A stretch of 64,000 nucleotides of DNA from an uncultured Opitutaceae bacterium (GTDB lineage: Bacteria > Verrucomicrobiota > Verrucomicrobiia > Opitutales > Opitutaceae). The stretch covers positions 1 to 64,000 of the forward strand of contig CALFNN010000080.1 in assembly GCA_937902925.1 (NCBI GenBank). Reading direction: 5' to 3'. The translations under genes were made by a program, and so were the position numbers. The notes under the pieces are model-generated. The model saw only the letters and a program-made list of their open reading frames with translations, was not told where the DNA came from and made no database searches. Below are positions 36,607 to 48,604 of the stretch, in pieces (the stretch's first letter is position 1; every line of letters begins with the position of its first letter).

Positions 36607-38067
36607 TCATTCGTCGCCCTGGAGCACCCAGGTGTCCTTCGAGCCGCCGCCCTGGGAGGAGTTGACGACGAGCGAACCCTTGCGGAGCGCGACGCGCGTG
36701 AGGCCGCCGGGTGTGACGGTGATCTTTTCGCCGTAGAGGATGTAGGGGCGCAGGTCGATGTGGCGGCCCTCGAGGTGGCCGTCGCACCAGGTCGGCGAAC
36801 GCGAGAGATTGATGGGATCCTGCGCGATGAAGTTGCGGGGATTGGCGGCGACCTGGGCACGGAAGGCCTCGCACTCCGCCTTGGTCGACGCGGGGCCGAT
36901 CAGCATGCCGTAGCCGCCGGCCTCGTTGGCGGATTTCACGACGAGCTTCTCGATGTTCTCCAGGATGTATTTCCGCTGGAGCGGCTCGGAGGCGAGATAC
37001 GTGTTCACGTTCGCGAGGATCGGCTCCTGGTCGAGGTAGTATTTGATGAGCTGGGGGACGTAGGCGTAGATGACCTTGTCGTCGGCGACGCCGGTGCCGA
37101 TGGAATTGGCGAGCGCGACATGGCCGGAGCGGTAGGCGTTCACGAGGCCGGGCACGCCGAGCATCGAGTCGGGCCGGAAGACGGACGGGTCGAGAAAATC
37201 GTCGTCGATGCGCCGGTAGATGACATCGACCCGCACGAGCCCGGCGGTCGTGCGCATGAACACGCGGTCGTCGCGGACGACGAGATCGCGGCCCTCGACG
37301 ATGGGGATGCCCATCTGGCGCGCGAGGAAGCTGTGCTCGAAATAGGCGCTGTTGAAGACGCCGGGCGTGAGGAGGACGACGCTGGGCTTGTCGCTGCGGG
37401 CCGGGGCGAGGTGGAGAAGCGCCTTGAGGAGATCGTCCGCGTAGGTCTCGACCGGGCGGACGCCGTAGCTCTGAAACAAATTCGGAAAGGCGCGGCGCAT
37501 CGCGCTGCGATTTTCCACCATGTAACTCGCGCCGGACGGACAGCGGAGGTTGTCCTCGAGCACGAGGTAGTTGCCGCGGGCGTCGCGAATCAGGTCGGTG
37601 CCGCAGATGTGAACGTAGATGCCGCGCGGCACCTTGCAGTTCATGAACTCGCGGCGGAAATGCTTCGCGCCGAGGATGAGCGCGGGCGGCACGAGTTTGT
37701 CCTTGAGGACCTTCTGGCCGTGATAGACGTCGTCGAGAAACAGGTTGAGCGCCGTGATGCGCTGCACGAGGCCGGCCTCGATGCGGGACCACTCGGCGTT
37801 CGGGATGACGCGGGGGACGAGATCGAACGGGAAGATGCGCTCGGTGCCCTGCGAATCGCTGTAGACCGTGAAGGTGACGCCGCGCCGCAGAAACGCGAGG
37901 TCGACGGCGCCGCGCCGCTGCTCGAACTCGTCCCGGGCCAGCGTGCCCAGCCGCTCCGCGAGGCGGCGGTAGTGGGGGCGCACGTCGGTGGACGACGTGA
38001 ACATCTCGTCGAAATAGTCGGCGGTTTCGTAGCTGGGATTGAGGATCGACAAGGAGGGTTTTGACAC
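36607..38067 (-). CDS. circularly permuted type-2 ATP-grasp protein
   Basis: Conserved family signature throughout ([11 protein letters not shown]...[34 protein letters not shown]...). GTG start (cac 38065-38067). Confidence 0.85.
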   Translation of the reverse strand: MSKPSLSILNPSYETADYFDEMFTSSTDVRPHYRRLAERLGTLARDEFEQRRGAVDLAFLRRGVTFTVYSDSQGTERIFPFDLVPRVIPNAEWSRIEAGLVQRITALNLFLDDVYHGQKVLKDKLVPPALILGAKHFRREFMNCKVPRGIYVHICGTDLIRDARGNYLVLEDNLRCPSGASYMVENRSAMRRAFPNLFQSYGVRPVETYADDLLKALLHLAPARSDKPSVVLLTPGVFNSAYFEHSFLARQMGIPIVEGRDLVVRDDRVFMRTTAGLVRVDVIYRRIDDDFLDPSVFRPDSMLGVPGLVNAYRSGHVALANSIGTGVADDKVIYAYVPQLIKYYLDQEPILANVNTYLASEPLQRKYILENIEKLVVKSANEAGGYGMLIGPASTKAECEAFRAQVAANPRNFIAQDPINLSRSPTWCDGHLEGRHIDLRPYILYGEKITVTPGGLTRVALRKGSLVVNSSQGGGSKDTWVLQGDE

Positions 38068-38125
38068 GGGCCCGCTGGTTGAGCAGTTCCCTTGCCAGAC
38101 AGGCTCGCCGGGCGGCCGGGGGTCG

Positions 38126-39001
38126 TCAACGACGCAGCACGGTAAACACCGTGCCCGCCAGGATCAGCGCGGCGCCGGCCAGTTCGTGGACGGTGAAATG
38201 CTCGTGGAAAAACGCCGCGCCGCCCGCGGCGACACCGAGCGGCACCAGCATTTGCAGCAACGATCCCTCGCCGACCGGCAGGTCGCGGAACGCCCGGGTC
38301 ATGGTGAGTTGACCGCTGCCGGCGGTCAGGCTGGCCAGGAGCAGGACGCCCCAGGCGGCGGGGGAAAGCGGCGCGAAGGTGGCCACGGCCGGCACGGTGC
38401 AGATCAGGAGGCCGTAGACGCATTGCGCGGAGAAGATCGTCGAGGTGTGCTCGGTCGCGTGCAATTGTCGGATCATCACGACCACGTAGGCCGAGCCAAA
38501 GGCGGAAAGGATGGCGACGAGATCGTAGAAGCCGGGCCGGGCATCGAGGGCGAGGAGGTTCGTGAGCAGGGCGAGCCCGGCCAGCGCGGCGGCGCTCCCG
38601 GCGAGCAGGGCGGGTCGGAGCCGTTCGCGCAGGATCCACGCGGCAAGCAGCGCACCCCAGATCACGTAGGTGTTGTTGATGAAAATCGCGCGGCCGGCGC
38701 CGAGGTGGATGACGGCGAGGTAAGTGAGGTAGACCCCGAAGCCGCCGACGAGCCCGCGCTCGGCGAGCTTGCGGCGGCGGAAGAGATGCGACGGCTCGAA
38801 CTCGCGCCAGTAGACGGCGGCGATCAGCCCGAGGCCGACGACGAACCGGCTGCACGAGACGAGCCAGAGATTGGCGGCGTGCATCTCGCCGAGCGCCCGC
38901 ACCAGGAGGACATTCGCCGTGAAACACGCGGTCGAAACGAGCATGAGCACCACACCGCGGGCGTGGTGCGACGAGCTGGGCGGCGACGGTTGGTCGGTCA
39001 T
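38126..39001 (-). CDS. DMT-superfamily (EamA-like) transporter
   Basis: Ten predicted TM helices in two EamA-like halves. Confidence 0.75.
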   Translation of the reverse strand: MTDQPSPPSSSHHARGVVLMLVSTACFTANVLLVRALGEMHAANLWLVSCSRFVVGLGLIAAVYWREFEPSHLFRRRKLAERGLVGGFGVYLTYLAVIHLGAGRAIFINNTYVIWGALLAAWILRERLRPALLAGSAAALAGLALLTNLLALDARPGFYDLVAILSAFGSAYVVVMIRQLHATEHTSTIFSAQCVYGLLICTVPAVATFAPLSPAAWGVLLLASLTAGSGQLTMTRAFRDLPVGEGSLLQMLVPLGVAAGGAAFFHEHFTVHELAGAALILAGTVFTVLRR

Positions 39002-39102
39002 CGGGAAGGCGCCCCGATGCTCGGCTGCCGCAAAGACGAACGGCAATGGGAAACGCGGGCGGCTGCCCAGGCCGGCCGAATTGGATCAATCCGCTGCGCG
39101 AC

Positions 39103-40479
39103 TCACAACGCGTGCAGTGCGGACTTGCTGACGGCGAGCGCGGCTTCCTTGACGGCCTCGCTCATCGTCGGGTGGGCGTGGATCGTGCGCGCGAGGTCCT
39201 CGGCGCTGCCGCCGTATTCCATGTGCGTGACGACCTCGCTGATGAGCTCGCCCGCGCCGCGGCCGAGAATCTGCGCCCCGAGGATTTTGTCGGTCTTCGC
39301 GTCCGCGACGATCTTCACGTAGCCGTCGGTGGCGTCGGCGGCGATGGCGCGGCCGTTGGCGGCGAAATTGAACTTGCCGACGTTGACGGCGATCCCCGCG
39401 GCCTTCGCAGCGTCCTCGCCGAGGCCGACGCTCGCGACCTCGGGGTCGGTGTAGACGATGGCGGGGACGAGATCCCAGTTCACGTGGCCGGCCTTGCCCG
39501 CAATCCATTCGGCGACGGCCACGCCGTCTTCCTCGGCCTTGTGGGCCAGCATCGGACCGGCGACGACATCGCCGATCGCCCAGACGCCGGGGGCGGACGT
39601 GCGCAGGTGGTTGTCGACCTTGATGCGCTTCTTGTCGTCGAGTTGGACGCCGGCCCGGTCGAGCGCGAGGCCGTCGGTGAACGGGCGGCGGCCGACGGCG
39701 ACGAGGACCTTGTCGGCGGGAATGGAAAGTTTTTCGCTGGCGCGCGCGGCGGTGAGGACGCCCTTGGCGAAGCCGGTGACCTTGGCGCCGACCTCGATCT
39801 TCATGCCTTGTTTCTGGATCAGGCGGGTGAAATTCCGGACGATGTCGGCATCGTAGGTCGCGATGATGCTGGGCAGGAATTCGACGACGGTCACGTCGCT
39901 GCCGAGCCGCGACCAGACGGAGCCGAGCTCGACGCCGATGACACCGCCGCCGACGACCACGAGTTTCTTCGGCACGGAATCGAAGGCGATGGCGTCGTCG
40001 CTCGAGACGACCGTCTGGCCGTCGAACTTCAGAAACGGCAGCTCGACCGGGGCGGAGCCGGTGGCGATGACGATGTTTTTCGCGGTGAGCTTTTGATCGC
40101 CGATGGCCATCGTGCCGGCCGAGACGAACGACGCGGCGCCGGTGACGACGGTGATCTTGCGGGCCTTGGCGAGCTGGGCGACGCCACCGGTGAGCTTCGC
40201 GACGACGGCGTCCTTCTTTTTGAGGAGCGTGGCGAGGTCGAGCTCGATGGAGCCGAGTTTTACGCCATGATCGGCGGCGTGCTGCCTGGCGAAGACGTAG
40301 TGCTCGGAAGAGGAGAGCAGGGCCTTGCTCGGGATGCAGCCGACATTGAGGCAGGTGCCGCCGAGCGTGGCGCGTTTCTCGACGAGCGCGACCTTGAGGC
40401 CGAGCTGCGCGGCGCGAAACGCGCAGACATAGCCGCCGGGGCCGGCGCCGATGACGATGAGATCGAATTCGGAGGGCAT
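39103..40479 (-). CDS. lpdA: dihydrolipoyl dehydrogenase (E3)
   Basis: [26 protein letters not shown] motif, redox-active [16 protein letters not shown]-binding and dimerisation domains. Confidence 0.9.
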   Translation of the reverse strand: MPSEFDLIVIGAGPGGYVCAFRAAQLGLKVALVEKRATLGGTCLNVGCIPSKALLSSSEHYVFARQHAADHGVKLGSIELDLATLLKKKDAVVAKLTGGVAQLAKARKITVVTGAASFVSAGTMAIGDQKLTAKNIVIATGSAPVELPFLKFDGQTVVSSDDAIAFDSVPKKLVVVGGGVIGVELGSVWSRLGSDVTVVEFLPSIIATYDADIVRNFTRLIQKQGMKIEVGAKVTGFAKGVLTAARASEKLSIPADKVLVAVGRRPFTDGLALDRAGVQLDDKKRIKVDNHLRTSAPGVWAIGDVVAGPMLAHKAEEDGVAVAEWIAGKAGHVNWDLVPAIVYTDPEVASVGLGEDAAKAAGIAVNVGKFNFAANGRAIAADATDGYVKIVADAKTDKILGAQILGRGAGELISEVVTHMEYGGSAEDLARTIHAHPTMSEAVKEAALAVSKSALHAL

Positions 40480-40546
40480 GAGGAGAGTTGAATTCAGAAG
40501 CCAGGAAACCAGGAAACAAGTCTTGGCTTCATGGCTTTTGAATTCG

Positions 40547-41782
40547 TCAGATTCCGATCACGAGACGCGCGGGATCCTCGATCGCCTGTTTCACTTTCAC
40601 GAGGAAAGTGACGGCTTCCTTGCCGTCAACGAGGCGGTGGTCGTAGCTCAGGGCGACATACATCATCGGGCGGATGACGACCTGGCCGGCGATCGCGATG
40701 GGGCGGTCGTTGATCGCGTGGAGGCCGAGGATGGCGCTTTGCGGCGGGTTGATGATCGGGGTCGAGAGCAGCGAGCCGAACGTGCCGCCGTTCGTGATCG
40801 TGAAGACGCCGCCCTCGAGATCGGCGAGCGTGATCTTGCCCTCGCGGGCGCGCTTCGCGACGTCGGCGATGGATTTTTCGATGTCCGCCATGCCGAGCGT
40901 GTCGCAACCGCGAATGACCGGGACCATGAGGCCCTTGTCGGTCGAGACGGCGATGCCGATGTCGTAGAAATGATTTTCGACGATGCTGTCGCCGTCGAGC
41001 TGGGCGTTGACCGCCGGGACTTCGCGCAGGGCGTGGACGACGGCCTTCGCGAAGAACGACATGAAGCCGAGCTTGAGGCCGTTTTTCTTGACGAAGTCGT
41101 CCTGATATTTCGCCCGGAGCGCCATGACGGCGGACATATCGACCTCGTTGAACGTGGTGAGCATGGCGGCCTCGTGCTGGGCGGCGACGAGGCGCTGGGC
41201 GATCTTGGCGCGGAGCGGGGAGAGCTTTTTGCGCGTCTGGCGCTCCCCGGTGACGACAGGCGCGGAAACTTTTTGAACGGGCGCCGGCGTTGCAGCCGGG
41301 CCCGTTGCGCCCGGCCCGGAACTGGCGGCGCCGGCGGCAACGGCGGGTTTCGCCTCGGCGGCGGCAAGCATGTCGCCTTTTGTGACGCGGCCGGCCTTGC
41401 CGGTGCCGGCGACGGTGGCGGGGTCGAGGCCGGTCTCGGCAGCGAGGCGGCGGACGGCGGGGGAAACAGTGGCGGAGTCGCCGGTCCGAGATGATGTGGC
41501 CGGGCTCGCTGAGCCCGGGCCGGGGTCAGCGACCCCGGCTACAACTGCGGGATCGATCGTGGCGACGACCTGGCCGATTTTCACCTCGTCGCCGACGGCG
41601 GCCTTGAACGAGATTTTTCCCGCGGCCTCCGCCGTGCCCTCGCTCGTGATCTTGTCGGTCTCCAGCTCGAAGAGCGGCTGGTCCTTTTTGACGACGTCGC
41701 CGTCGTTGACGTGCCACTTGGCGAGAATACCGGAGGTGATGGATTCACCCATCGGCGGGATTTTTACTTCGAGGAGGGGCAT
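40547..41782 (-). CDS. sucB: dihydrolipoyllysine-residue succinyltransferase (E2 of 2-oxoglutarate dehydrogenase)
   Basis: Lipoyl domain ETDKITSE, E3-binding domain, catalytic domain with DHRLVDG. Confidence 0.85.
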   Translation of the reverse strand: MPLLEVKIPPMGESITSGILAKWHVNDGDVVKKDQPLFELETDKITSEGTAEAAGKISFKAAVGDEVKIGQVVATIDPAVVAGVADPGPGSASPATSSRTGDSATVSPAVRRLAAETGLDPATVAGTGKAGRVTKGDMLAAAEAKPAVAAGAASSGPGATGPAATPAPVQKVSAPVVTGERQTRKKLSPLRAKIAQRLVAAQHEAAMLTTFNEVDMSAVMALRAKYQDDFVKKNGLKLGFMSFFAKAVVHALREVPAVNAQLDGDSIVENHFYDIGIAVSTDKGLMVPVIRGCDTLGMADIEKSIADVAKRAREGKITLADLEGGVFTITNGGTFGSLLSTPIINPPQSAILGLHAINDRPIAIAGQVVIRPMMYVALSYDHRLVDGKEAVTFLVKVKQAIEDPARLVIGI

Positions 41783-41825
41783 GGGAAAAATTGCGGTGTG
41801 ATGGGTGGCGTGGGACGAAACAGAA

Positions 41826-44612
41826 TCAGAGACTGAAGGCGTCGTTGAGGAGAGCGGCGACCTCGAAACGATGGAGGGCGAGGGTGCCGACGGCGGGCGA
41901 GGCGGCGGCGTCGCGGCCGGCGTAGAGCGGGAGGAAGCCGAAGATCTCGGCGAACTGCGGGCAGACGTAGGACCAGGCGCCCATGTTCTGCGGCTCCTCC
42001 TGGCACCAGACGACGCGGGCGCCGGCGTAGCGGTCGGCGAGCTCGGCGAGGTGATTGCGATGAAGCGGATAGAGCTGTTCGAGGCGCACGATGGCCGTGT
42101 CGGTGAGCTGCTTCTTCGTGCGATAGTCGATGAGATCGTAGTAGACCTTGCCGGAACAGAAGATCAACCGGGCGGGCTTCGCGTCGGCGAACGACGGATC
42201 GTCGATGACTTCCTGAAACGCGCCGGCCGTGAATTCGGCGAGTTTCGAAACCGCGGCGGGATGGCGGAGGAGCGACTTGGGCGACATGACGACGAGCGGC
42301 TTCTTGACGTCGCGCTTCACCTGGCGGCGGAGGGCGTGAAAGAAATTGGCGGGCGTCGTGATGTTGGCGACCTGGATGTTGTCCTCGGCGCAGAGCTGGA
42401 GGAAGCGCTCGAGGCGCGCGGAGGAATGCTCGGGGCCCTGGCCCTCGTAGCCGTGCGGGAGCAGCAGCACGATGCCGCTCGTGCGCTGCCATTTCGATTC
42501 GCCGCTGGCGATGAACTGGTCGATCACGACCTGCGCGCCGTTGGCAAAATCGCCGAACTGCGCCTCCCACAGGCAGAGCATGTTGGGGAAATCGAGCGAG
42601 TAGCCGTAGTCGAACCCGAGCACCGCGGCCTCGGAGAGGAGCGAGTTGTAGACGCAGAAGCGCGCCTGCTGCGGGTCGAGATTTTTCAACGGCGCGTAGG
42701 TGTTGCCGTTGTCCATATCGTGCAGCACGGCATGCCGGTGGCTGAAGGTGCCGCGCTCGCAATCCTGGCCGCTGAGCCGGATCGGCTCGCCCTCGAGGAC
42801 GAGCGTGCCAAACGCGAGCGCCTCGGCGAAGCCCCAGTCGATCGGGCCGCCGTCGCGATGGGCGTTCACGCGGGCGTCGAGGAAGCGCTTGATCTTCGGG
42901 TTGGGCTTGAAGCCGGCGGGCAGCGTCGTGAGGCCGCGAACCACGCGGTCGATGAGTTCGGACGAGACGCCGGTCGGCACGGGTTTGAAATGGAAATCCG
43001 GCTGGAAGACGGCGGTAGAGCCTGCGAATTTTTTCGCCTCGGCGGCGGCGGCGCGCTTGGCGGACTTGGCGGTCTCGGTGGCCTTGGCCATCTCGAGGTT
43101 CTTCTCGAGCGCCTCCGAATACTCCGCGCGAATCGCCTCGGCCTTGGCCTCCGTGATGGTGCCCTCGGCGATGAGCTTGCGCGTGAGCACGGCGGAGATC
43201 GCCGGGTGGGCGGCGATTTTCTTGTAGAGGAGCGGCTGGGTGAAGGCGGGCTCGTCGGTCTCGTTGTGCCCGTGCTTGCGGTAACAGAACATGTCGATGA
43301 CGACGTCGCGCTGCCATTTCTCACGGAATTCGAGGGCGAGGCGGGCGACCAGGCAGACGGCCTCGGGGTCGTCGCCGTTCACATGGAAGATCGGCGCCTC
43401 GATCATTTTCGCGACGTCGGTGCAATAGAGCGTCGAGCGCGAGTCGCTCGGATCGGTCGTGAAACCGATCTGGTTGTTGATGACGAAATGCAGCGTGCCG
43501 CCGGTTTGGTAGCCGGGGAGTTGGGAGAAATTGAGCGTCTCGGCGACGACGCCCTGGCCGGCGAACGCGGCGTCGCCGTGGATGAGGAGCGGCAGGACGG
43601 TGGTGCGGCGCTCCATGTCGCCGCGGGCGCGCTGGCGGGCGCGGGCGCGGCCTTCGACGACGGGGTTGACGATCTCGAGGTGCGAGGGATTCGAGGTGAG
43701 GCGGACCTCGACCTGCTTGCCCGAGGCGGTGTCGAGGACGGCGTGGTAGCCGAGGTGGTATTTCACGTCGCCGTCGCCGCCCACGGCGTCGGGGAGGTAG
43801 TTTTCGGAAAACTGCTCGAAGAGGACATCGAAGTGTTTCCGCATGACGCTGGTGAGGATGTTGAGCCGGCCGCGGTGGGCCATGCCCATGACGACCTCGG
43901 CGACGCCGGCGCGCGGGCAGTGCTCGATGATCGAGTCGATCGCGGCGATCATGGTCTCGCCGCCCTCGAGCGAGAAGCGTTTCTGGCCGACGTATTTCGT
44001 GTGGAGAAAGCGCTCGAAGAGCTCGGCCTTGTGGATGCGGCGGAGGATGCGGATTTTCTCGGCCTTGGAAAAATCGGGCTGGTTGCGCGTCGTCTCCATT
44101 TTTTCCTGGAGCCAGCGGCGGACGTCGACGTCCTGGATGTGGGTGTATTCGACGCCGATATGGTCGCAATAGGTCGTGCGGAGCGCGATGAGGATGTCGC
44201 GCAGCTTCATCTGGCCGCCGCCAAGGTAGGTGCCGATGTCGAAGAACGTGTCGAGGTCGGCGTCGGAGAGGTTGAACGCGGCGAGGGCGAGCTTGGGATG
44301 GGGCTCGGGCGGCTCGCCGAGGGGATCGAGGTGGGCCTCGAGGTGCCCGAGCGCGCGATAGGTGTTGATGAGATGGTGGACGTGCGACTGCTTGAGGCTG
44401 TCGATGATGGGAGTCGCGGCGGCGGGATGGGTCGATTCGGCGAGCGCCGCGGAAGGCGTGGCGCCGGAGTTGCCGAGGGTGAAGCCCTGAAAGAACGCGC
44501 GCCACGTCGGGTCGACCGAGTCGGGATTTTGCAGCCACGATTCGTAGGCCGCCTCAATGACGGCGGCATTGGCGGCGGTGGGCAGCGAGGAGGAAGATTT
44601 GACGGGAGACAT
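41826..44612 (-). CDS. sucA: 2-oxoglutarate dehydrogenase E1 component
   Basis: ~930 aa with the E1o N-terminal [18 protein letters not shown] and TPP-binding regions. Start at cat 44610-44612; upstream 34 codons run-on. Confidence 0.9.
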   Translation of the reverse strand: MSPVKSSSSLPTAANAAVIEAAYESWLQNPDSVDPTWRAFFQGFTLGNSGATPSAALAESTHPAAATPIIDSLKQSHVHHLINTYRALGHLEAHLDPLGEPPEPHPKLALAAFNLSDADLDTFFDIGTYLGGGQMKLRDILIALRTTYCDHIGVEYTHIQDVDVRRWLQEKMETTRNQPDFSKAEKIRILRRIHKAELFERFLHTKYVGQKRFSLEGGETMIAAIDSIIEHCPRAGVAEVVMGMAHRGRLNILTSVMRKHFDVLFEQFSENYLPDAVGGDGDVKYHLGYHAVLDTASGKQVEVRLTSNPSHLEIVNPVVEGRARARQRARGDMERRTTVLPLLIHGDAAFAGQGVVAETLNFSQLPGYQTGGTLHFVINNQIGFTTDPSDSRSTLYCTDVAKMIEAPIFHVNGDDPEAVCLVARLALEFREKWQRDVVIDMFCYRKHGHNETDEPAFTQPLLYKKIAAHPAISAVLTRKLIAEGTITEAKAEAIRAEYSEALEKNLEMAKATETAKSAKRAAAAEAKKFAGSTAVFQPDFHFKPVPTGVSSELIDRVVRGLTTLPAGFKPNPKIKRFLDARVNAHRDGGPIDWGFAEALAFGTLVLEGEPIRLSGQDCERGTFSHRHAVLHDMDNGNTYAPLKNLDPQQARFCVYNSLLSEAAVLGFDYGYSLDFPNMLCLWEAQFGDFANGAQVVIDQFIASGESKWQRTSGIVLLLPHGYEGQGPEHSSARLERFLQLCAEDNIQVANITTPANFFHALRRQVKRDVKKPLVVMSPKSLLRHPAAVSKLAEFTAGAFQEVIDDPSFADAKPARLIFCSGKVYYDLIDYRTKKQLTDTAIVRLEQLYPLHRNHLAELADRYAGARVVWCQEEPQNMGAWSYVCPQFAEIFGFLPLYAGRDAAASPAVGTLALHRFEVAALLNDAFSL

Positions 44613-44748
44613 GCGGATGGTCGCGCGCGGCGCGGGAGCAAAGAAACGGAGGGTCAACGAAACACGGCGGCCGCGCAGACTCAAGTGCGGCGCGGACCGC
44701 GACAGGGATTGCAAAGAGCCTTAACGTGGGTAACAGCGGGATTAGTAT

Positions 44749-45015
44749 TTGCTCCCGACGATCATGGAAACCCAGATAAAAGCGTCCCTTAACTCGCTCC
44801 TTGCGGCCATCAAAGCGGCTGATGGCCAGACGATTGCCGACGAAATGGCGAAATTGGATGGCATGTTGGAGCACGGGCGGGCGGGGCTGCATCCGCAACT
44901 GGCTCATTTTCTGGAGAACCGGAGCTACGCGAAGGCGCTGATGTTTTTGGGCGGCGAGAGCGACATTCCGGTCGGAGTGTGCGGCGGGCGGGCAGGGAAA
45001 ACGGGAGGAGCCTGA
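44749..45015 (+). CDS. small hypothetical protein, translationally coupled to yciH
   Basis: 88-aa ORF ending TGA 3 nt before the yciH ATG. No family recognised, coding status uncertain. Confidence 0.35.
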   Translation: MLPTIMETQIKASLNSLLAAIKAADGQTIADEMAKLDGMLEHGRAGLHPQLAHFLENRSYAKALMFLGGESDIPVGVCGGRAGKTGGA

Positions 45016-45017
45016 AT

Positions 45018-45443
45018 ATGGCCGGCGGCGGAAAGATTCCGACGGATGGCGGCGGCGGCCTTGGGCAGAATCCGTTTGGCGCGCTGAGCGCCGCGGGGTT
45101 GCCGGTCGCTCCGAAGGTGGTTTTGGAGCAGGCGGCGGCGAAGCTGGCCGGGAACCCGGGGCGGCCGGGGACAGTCGCGACCGCCGCTCAGACGAAGAAT
45201 CGTGGACGCGTGGATATCCGGCGCGAGACGGGAAACCGCGGCGGAAAGACGGTCACGGTCGTCGACGGATTCGTGGGGATCGGGCTGCCGGAAAAGGAGC
45301 AGCTCGCGAAGAAAATGCGCGCGGCGTGCGGCTGTGGCGGAACGGTGAAGGACGGCGCGATCGAGATCCAAGGCGACCAGCGGGAAAAAATCGCGGCGAT
45401 TTTGAGCGCGGCGGGATTCCGGCCGGTATTCGCGGGCGGATGA
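45018..45443 (+). CDS. yciH: translation initiation factor SUI1-family protein (YciH-like)
   Basis: RRETGNRGGKTVTVVDGF...CGCGGTVKDGAIEIQGDQREKIAAIL matches SUI1/YciH. GGGAGGAG SD-like sequence 7 nt upstream. Confidence 0.8.
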   Translation: MAGGGKIPTDGGGGLGQNPFGALSAAGLPVAPKVVLEQAAAKLAGNPGRPGTVATAAQTKNRGRVDIRRETGNRGGKTVTVVDGFVGIGLPEKEQLAKKMRAACGCGGTVKDGAIEIQGDQREKIAAILSAAGFRPVFAGG

Positions 45444-45542
45444 AGAAATGGGTCTCGCGAAGGACGCGAAGGAAACGAAGGGAAGCAAAGGGGCAGGGAG
45501 AAGGACCGGGGGCTGTCTCCGACGCGCCTTTCGCGAAGCGAT

Positions 45543-46421
45543 TCAGGCGGCCAGGCCGGCCGTGAGGGCGAGGGCGCCTTTGGCCCGGTTGAGAATGTAG
45601 AGGTGGTAACCGGGCGCGCCGTTGGCGAGCAGGCCGCGAATCTGGTTGAGCGCCCAGTCGACGCCGACGATCTCGACGACCTCGGGGCTCTCGGCGGCGA
45701 CCTCGAGGCGGGTGGTGAGCGGCGCGGGGAGCGTCGTGCCGCAGATCGAGGTGAACCGGCGGATCTGTTTCAACGACAGCACGGGCATGATGCCGGGGAC
45801 GATCGGCACGGTGATGCCGGCCGCGCGGCATTTTTCGACGAAGCGGTAATAGACGGCGTTGTCGAAGAAGAGCTGCGTCGTGATGAAATCGGCGCCGGCG
45901 TCGACCTTGCGCTTGAGATGGGTGAGGTCGGCGTCGAGCGACGGTGCCTCGGGGTGTTTCTCCGGATAGCCGCCAACCCCGAGGCAGAAATCGGCGTGGC
46001 GCGACTTGAGCAGGGCGACGAGGTCGCTCGCGTAACGAAGACCGTCCAGATAGGGCGTGAACGTGGTCTCACCCTTCGGCGGATCGCCGCGCAGCGTCAT
46101 GATGTTCCGGAAACCGCTCGCGTGAATCCGGTCGGCGACCTCGGCGAGCTCGGCGCGCGAATGGCCGACACAGGTGAGGTGGGGCATGACCGTGAAGTTG
46201 AACTCCGACTTGAGCAGCGCGCTGACCTGCGCGGTGCGTTCGCGGGTCGAGCCGCCGGCGCCGTAGGTGACGGACACGAAATCGGGATTCATGCGCCGGA
46301 GCGCGGCCGCGGTGGCGCGGAGGGCCTCGACGCCGGCATCGTCCTTGGGCGGAAAAAACTCCAGCGAGCGCAGCGGGCGGCGTTGCGCGAAGAGTTCGGA
46401 GATGGGCCGGTCGGGCGTCAT
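45543..46421 (-). CDS. metF: 5,10-methylenetetrahydrofolate reductase
   Basis: SLEFFPPK...FVSVTYGAGGSTRERT...LTCVG...IMTLRGDPP...GVGGYPEKHPEA are MetF hallmarks. Start 46421 preferred over 46499. Confidence 0.85.
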   Translation of the reverse strand: MTPDRPISELFAQRRPLRSLEFFPPKDDAGVEALRATAAALRRMNPDFVSVTYGAGGSTRERTAQVSALLKSEFNFTVMPHLTCVGHSRAELAEVADRIHASGFRNIMTLRGDPPKGETTFTPYLDGLRYASDLVALLKSRHADFCLGVGGYPEKHPEAPSLDADLTHLKRKVDAGADFITTQLFFDNAVYYRFVEKCRAAGITVPIVPGIMPVLSLKQIRRFTSICGTTLPAPLTTRLEVAAESPEVVEIVGVDWALNQIRGLLANGAPGYHLYILNRAKGALALTAGLAA

Positions 46422-46522
46422 GCGTGGCGGCGACGGAAAGCGAAAGGCGGCCGGTCGTAAAGCGGCGAGTGCGGCATGCGTGGCGGACGGCGCGGGCACG
46501 CTGGGGTCCGGGGGGCCGGAGA

Positions 46523-46549
46523 GGTTGTCAACTAATAGTTGACAACCGG
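46523..46549. promoter_or_regulatory. palindromic box TTGTCAAC-TAATA-GTTGACAA, copy 2, upstream of metF
   Basis: Identical 21-nt core to 19787-19807, ~100 bp upstream of the metF ATG. Confidence 0.5.
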
Positions 46550-46677
46550 CGCTTTGCCCGGCGGAGCGGGGACCGTCGACGGGCGATTCCGGTCGCCGAG
46601 ACGGGAGCGTCGACGGGCGGTTCCGATCTACGAGGTAGGCCCGTCGACAAGGTGGGGCCGTTGACGGGGCGGGGCGA

Positions 46678-48477
46678 TTAGACGGAGCGGGCGAGGTAGG
46701 CGCGCCAGCCGCCGAAACGCGTGATGTCCTCGGCGCCGGCGAGGGCGGCGGGTTCGCAGAGGAAACCTTTCACGGATTCGCCCGTGGCGAGGACCACGGT
46801 GCCGATGCAGAGCGGCGATGGCACGGCGGCAACAAAACTGCCGAAAGCGGCAACGGGGAGTTCCCACACTTCCACGGCGATGGATGCACCGCCGTCGGCG
46901 ACACGGACGAGGCCGGGTTTCGGCGGGGTTGAGTTGGGCAGGGCGTGGAGACGGTAGACCGGCGCGGTGTTGCCCGACCAGACGAGGCGAGCGCCACGGT
47001 CGGTGAGTTGATGATTGAGGGGCAGACCGGAGAGATGGGCGCCGACGACGGCGAGCTGGATGGTCGTTGGTGCGGCCGTAGTGGCGGTGGGCGGCGATGA
47101 CGGCGCGGGCGGGAGCGGATGCGAGGTGGCGCCGAGTTTGCCGCCGATGGCGGCGTGCCAACGGGCGGCAAGGGCGAGGAGAGTGGGCTCGCTCCACGCG
47201 GGTGCGATGAACGTGACGCCCCACGGGGCGCCGTCGCGGCGGATGCCGGCGGGCACGGCGAGGGCGGCGAGGTCGAGGAGGTTAACGAAGTTGGTGTAGG
47301 TGCCGAGGCGGGTGTTGAGGAGCAACGGCTCGGCGGCGACCTCGGCGACGGTGTAGGGGCGCGGCGCAGTGGGGACGAGGAGCACATCCATTTTCTCCCA
47401 CTCGGCGGCGGCGCGGCGGGCGAGGGCGGCGAGGCGATAAAAGCCTTCGAACGTGTCGGCGGCGCTGAGATTCGCGGCGCCCTCGACGATCTTGCGCGTG
47501 ACGGGGAAAAACGCGTCCGCGTTTTTCTGGTGAAATGCGCGGAGCGCGGCCCAGCGCTCAGCGACCCACGGACCCTGGTAGAGCAAGGCGGCGGCTTCGC
47601 GGAAAGGGGAAAAGTCGATCTCGACGAGCTGGGCGCCGAGGGCGGTAATGCGGGAGAGATTTTCGCGGAAGAGGCGTTCGGCTTCGGCGTCACCGAAGAA
47701 CTCGAGCGCGGTGGGTTCGGGAACGCCGACGCGAAGCGACGCGGGAGCGGAGGTGGTGGTTGCGCGCGAGCGGGAAAACGAATCCTCGGGATCGAAGGCC
47801 TCGGCGACGCGGGCGACATCGGCGGCGTCGCCGCAGGTGAGCGCGAAGATCGAAACGCAGTCGAGCGAGCGGCAGGCGGGGACGACGCCGCGGGTGCTGA
47901 GGGCGCCCTTGGTGAGCTTGAAGCCGACGAGGTTGTTCAGGCCGGCGGGGATGCGGCCGGAGCCGGCGGTGTCGGTGCCGAGGGAAAACGAGGCGAGGCC
48001 GGCGGCGACGGCGACGGCGGAGCCGCTGCTGGAGCCGCCGGGGATCAGGTCGGCGCGAAACGGATTGCGCGGGACGCCATAGGGCGAGCGGACGCCAACG
48101 AGGCCGGTGGCGAACTGGTCGAGGTTGGTCTTGCCCACGGGAATCGCGCCGGCGTCGAGGAGACGCTGGACGACGGGCGCGGAGTCGGCGGGCGTGTAGG
48201 CGAACTCCGGGCAGCCGGCGGTGGTGGGGACGCCGGTGAGGTCGATGTTGTCCTTGATCGCGAAGGGAACGCCGTAGAGCGGCAACGTGGAGCGGTCGAG
48301 CGATTCGAGACGGCGGGCGTGGACGAGGAGTTCGTCGCGCGAGAGGAGACGAATCCAGACGGCGGGATCGGCGTGCGTGGCGATGCGACGGAGAAGTTCG
48401 TCGACGAGAGCGGTCGGCGTGAGGGAGCCGTCGGCGTAGGCGGCACGGAGGGCGGCGAGGTCGAGGGAGAAAGGCAT
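46678..48477 (-). CDS. atzF: allophanate hydrolase
   Basis: Amidase-signature domain (GGSSSGSAVAVAAGLASFSLGTDTAGSGRIPA) and the AtzF C-terminal domain. Start at cat 48475-48477. Confidence 0.85.
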   Translation of the reverse strand: MPFSLDLAALRAAYADGSLTPTALVDELLRRIATHADPAVWIRLLSRDELLVHARRLESLDRSTLPLYGVPFAIKDNIDLTGVPTTAGCPEFAYTPADSAPVVQRLLDAGAIPVGKTNLDQFATGLVGVRSPYGVPRNPFRADLIPGGSSSGSAVAVAAGLASFSLGTDTAGSGRIPAGLNNLVGFKLTKGALSTRGVVPACRSLDCVSIFALTCGDAADVARVAEAFDPEDSFSRSRATTTSAPASLRVGVPEPTALEFFGDAEAERLFRENLSRITALGAQLVEIDFSPFREAAALLYQGPWVAERWAALRAFHQKNADAFFPVTRKIVEGAANLSAADTFEGFYRLAALARRAAAEWEKMDVLLVPTAPRPYTVAEVAAEPLLLNTRLGTYTNFVNLLDLAALAVPAGIRRDGAPWGVTFIAPAWSEPTLLALAARWHAAIGGKLGATSHPLPPAPSSPPTATTAAPTTIQLAVVGAHLSGLPLNHQLTDRGARLVWSGNTAPVYRLHALPNSTPPKPGLVRVADGGASIAVEVWELPVAAFGSFVAAVPSPLCIGTVVLATGESVKGFLCEPAALAGAEDITRFGGWRAYLARSV

Positions 48478-48486
48478 TTCGGAAGA

Positions 48487-48590
48487 GTGTCTCGCGAAGG
48501 ATTGGAAGGGAGCGAAGGATAAAACCAAAGGAAGGAAAAGGTTGGAGCTGGGATGGATTGGGCCTTCGCTTCCTTCGAATCCTTCGCGGG
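48487..48590. repeat. CGAAGG-unit imperfect hairpin element between uca stop and atzF start
   Basis: Arms cgcgaaggattggaagggagcgaagg and ccttcgcttccttcgaatccttcgcg, ~26 bp, separated by a ~30-nt loop. Confidence 0.65.
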
Positions 48591-48604
48591 AAATTTGGAT
48601 TGGA

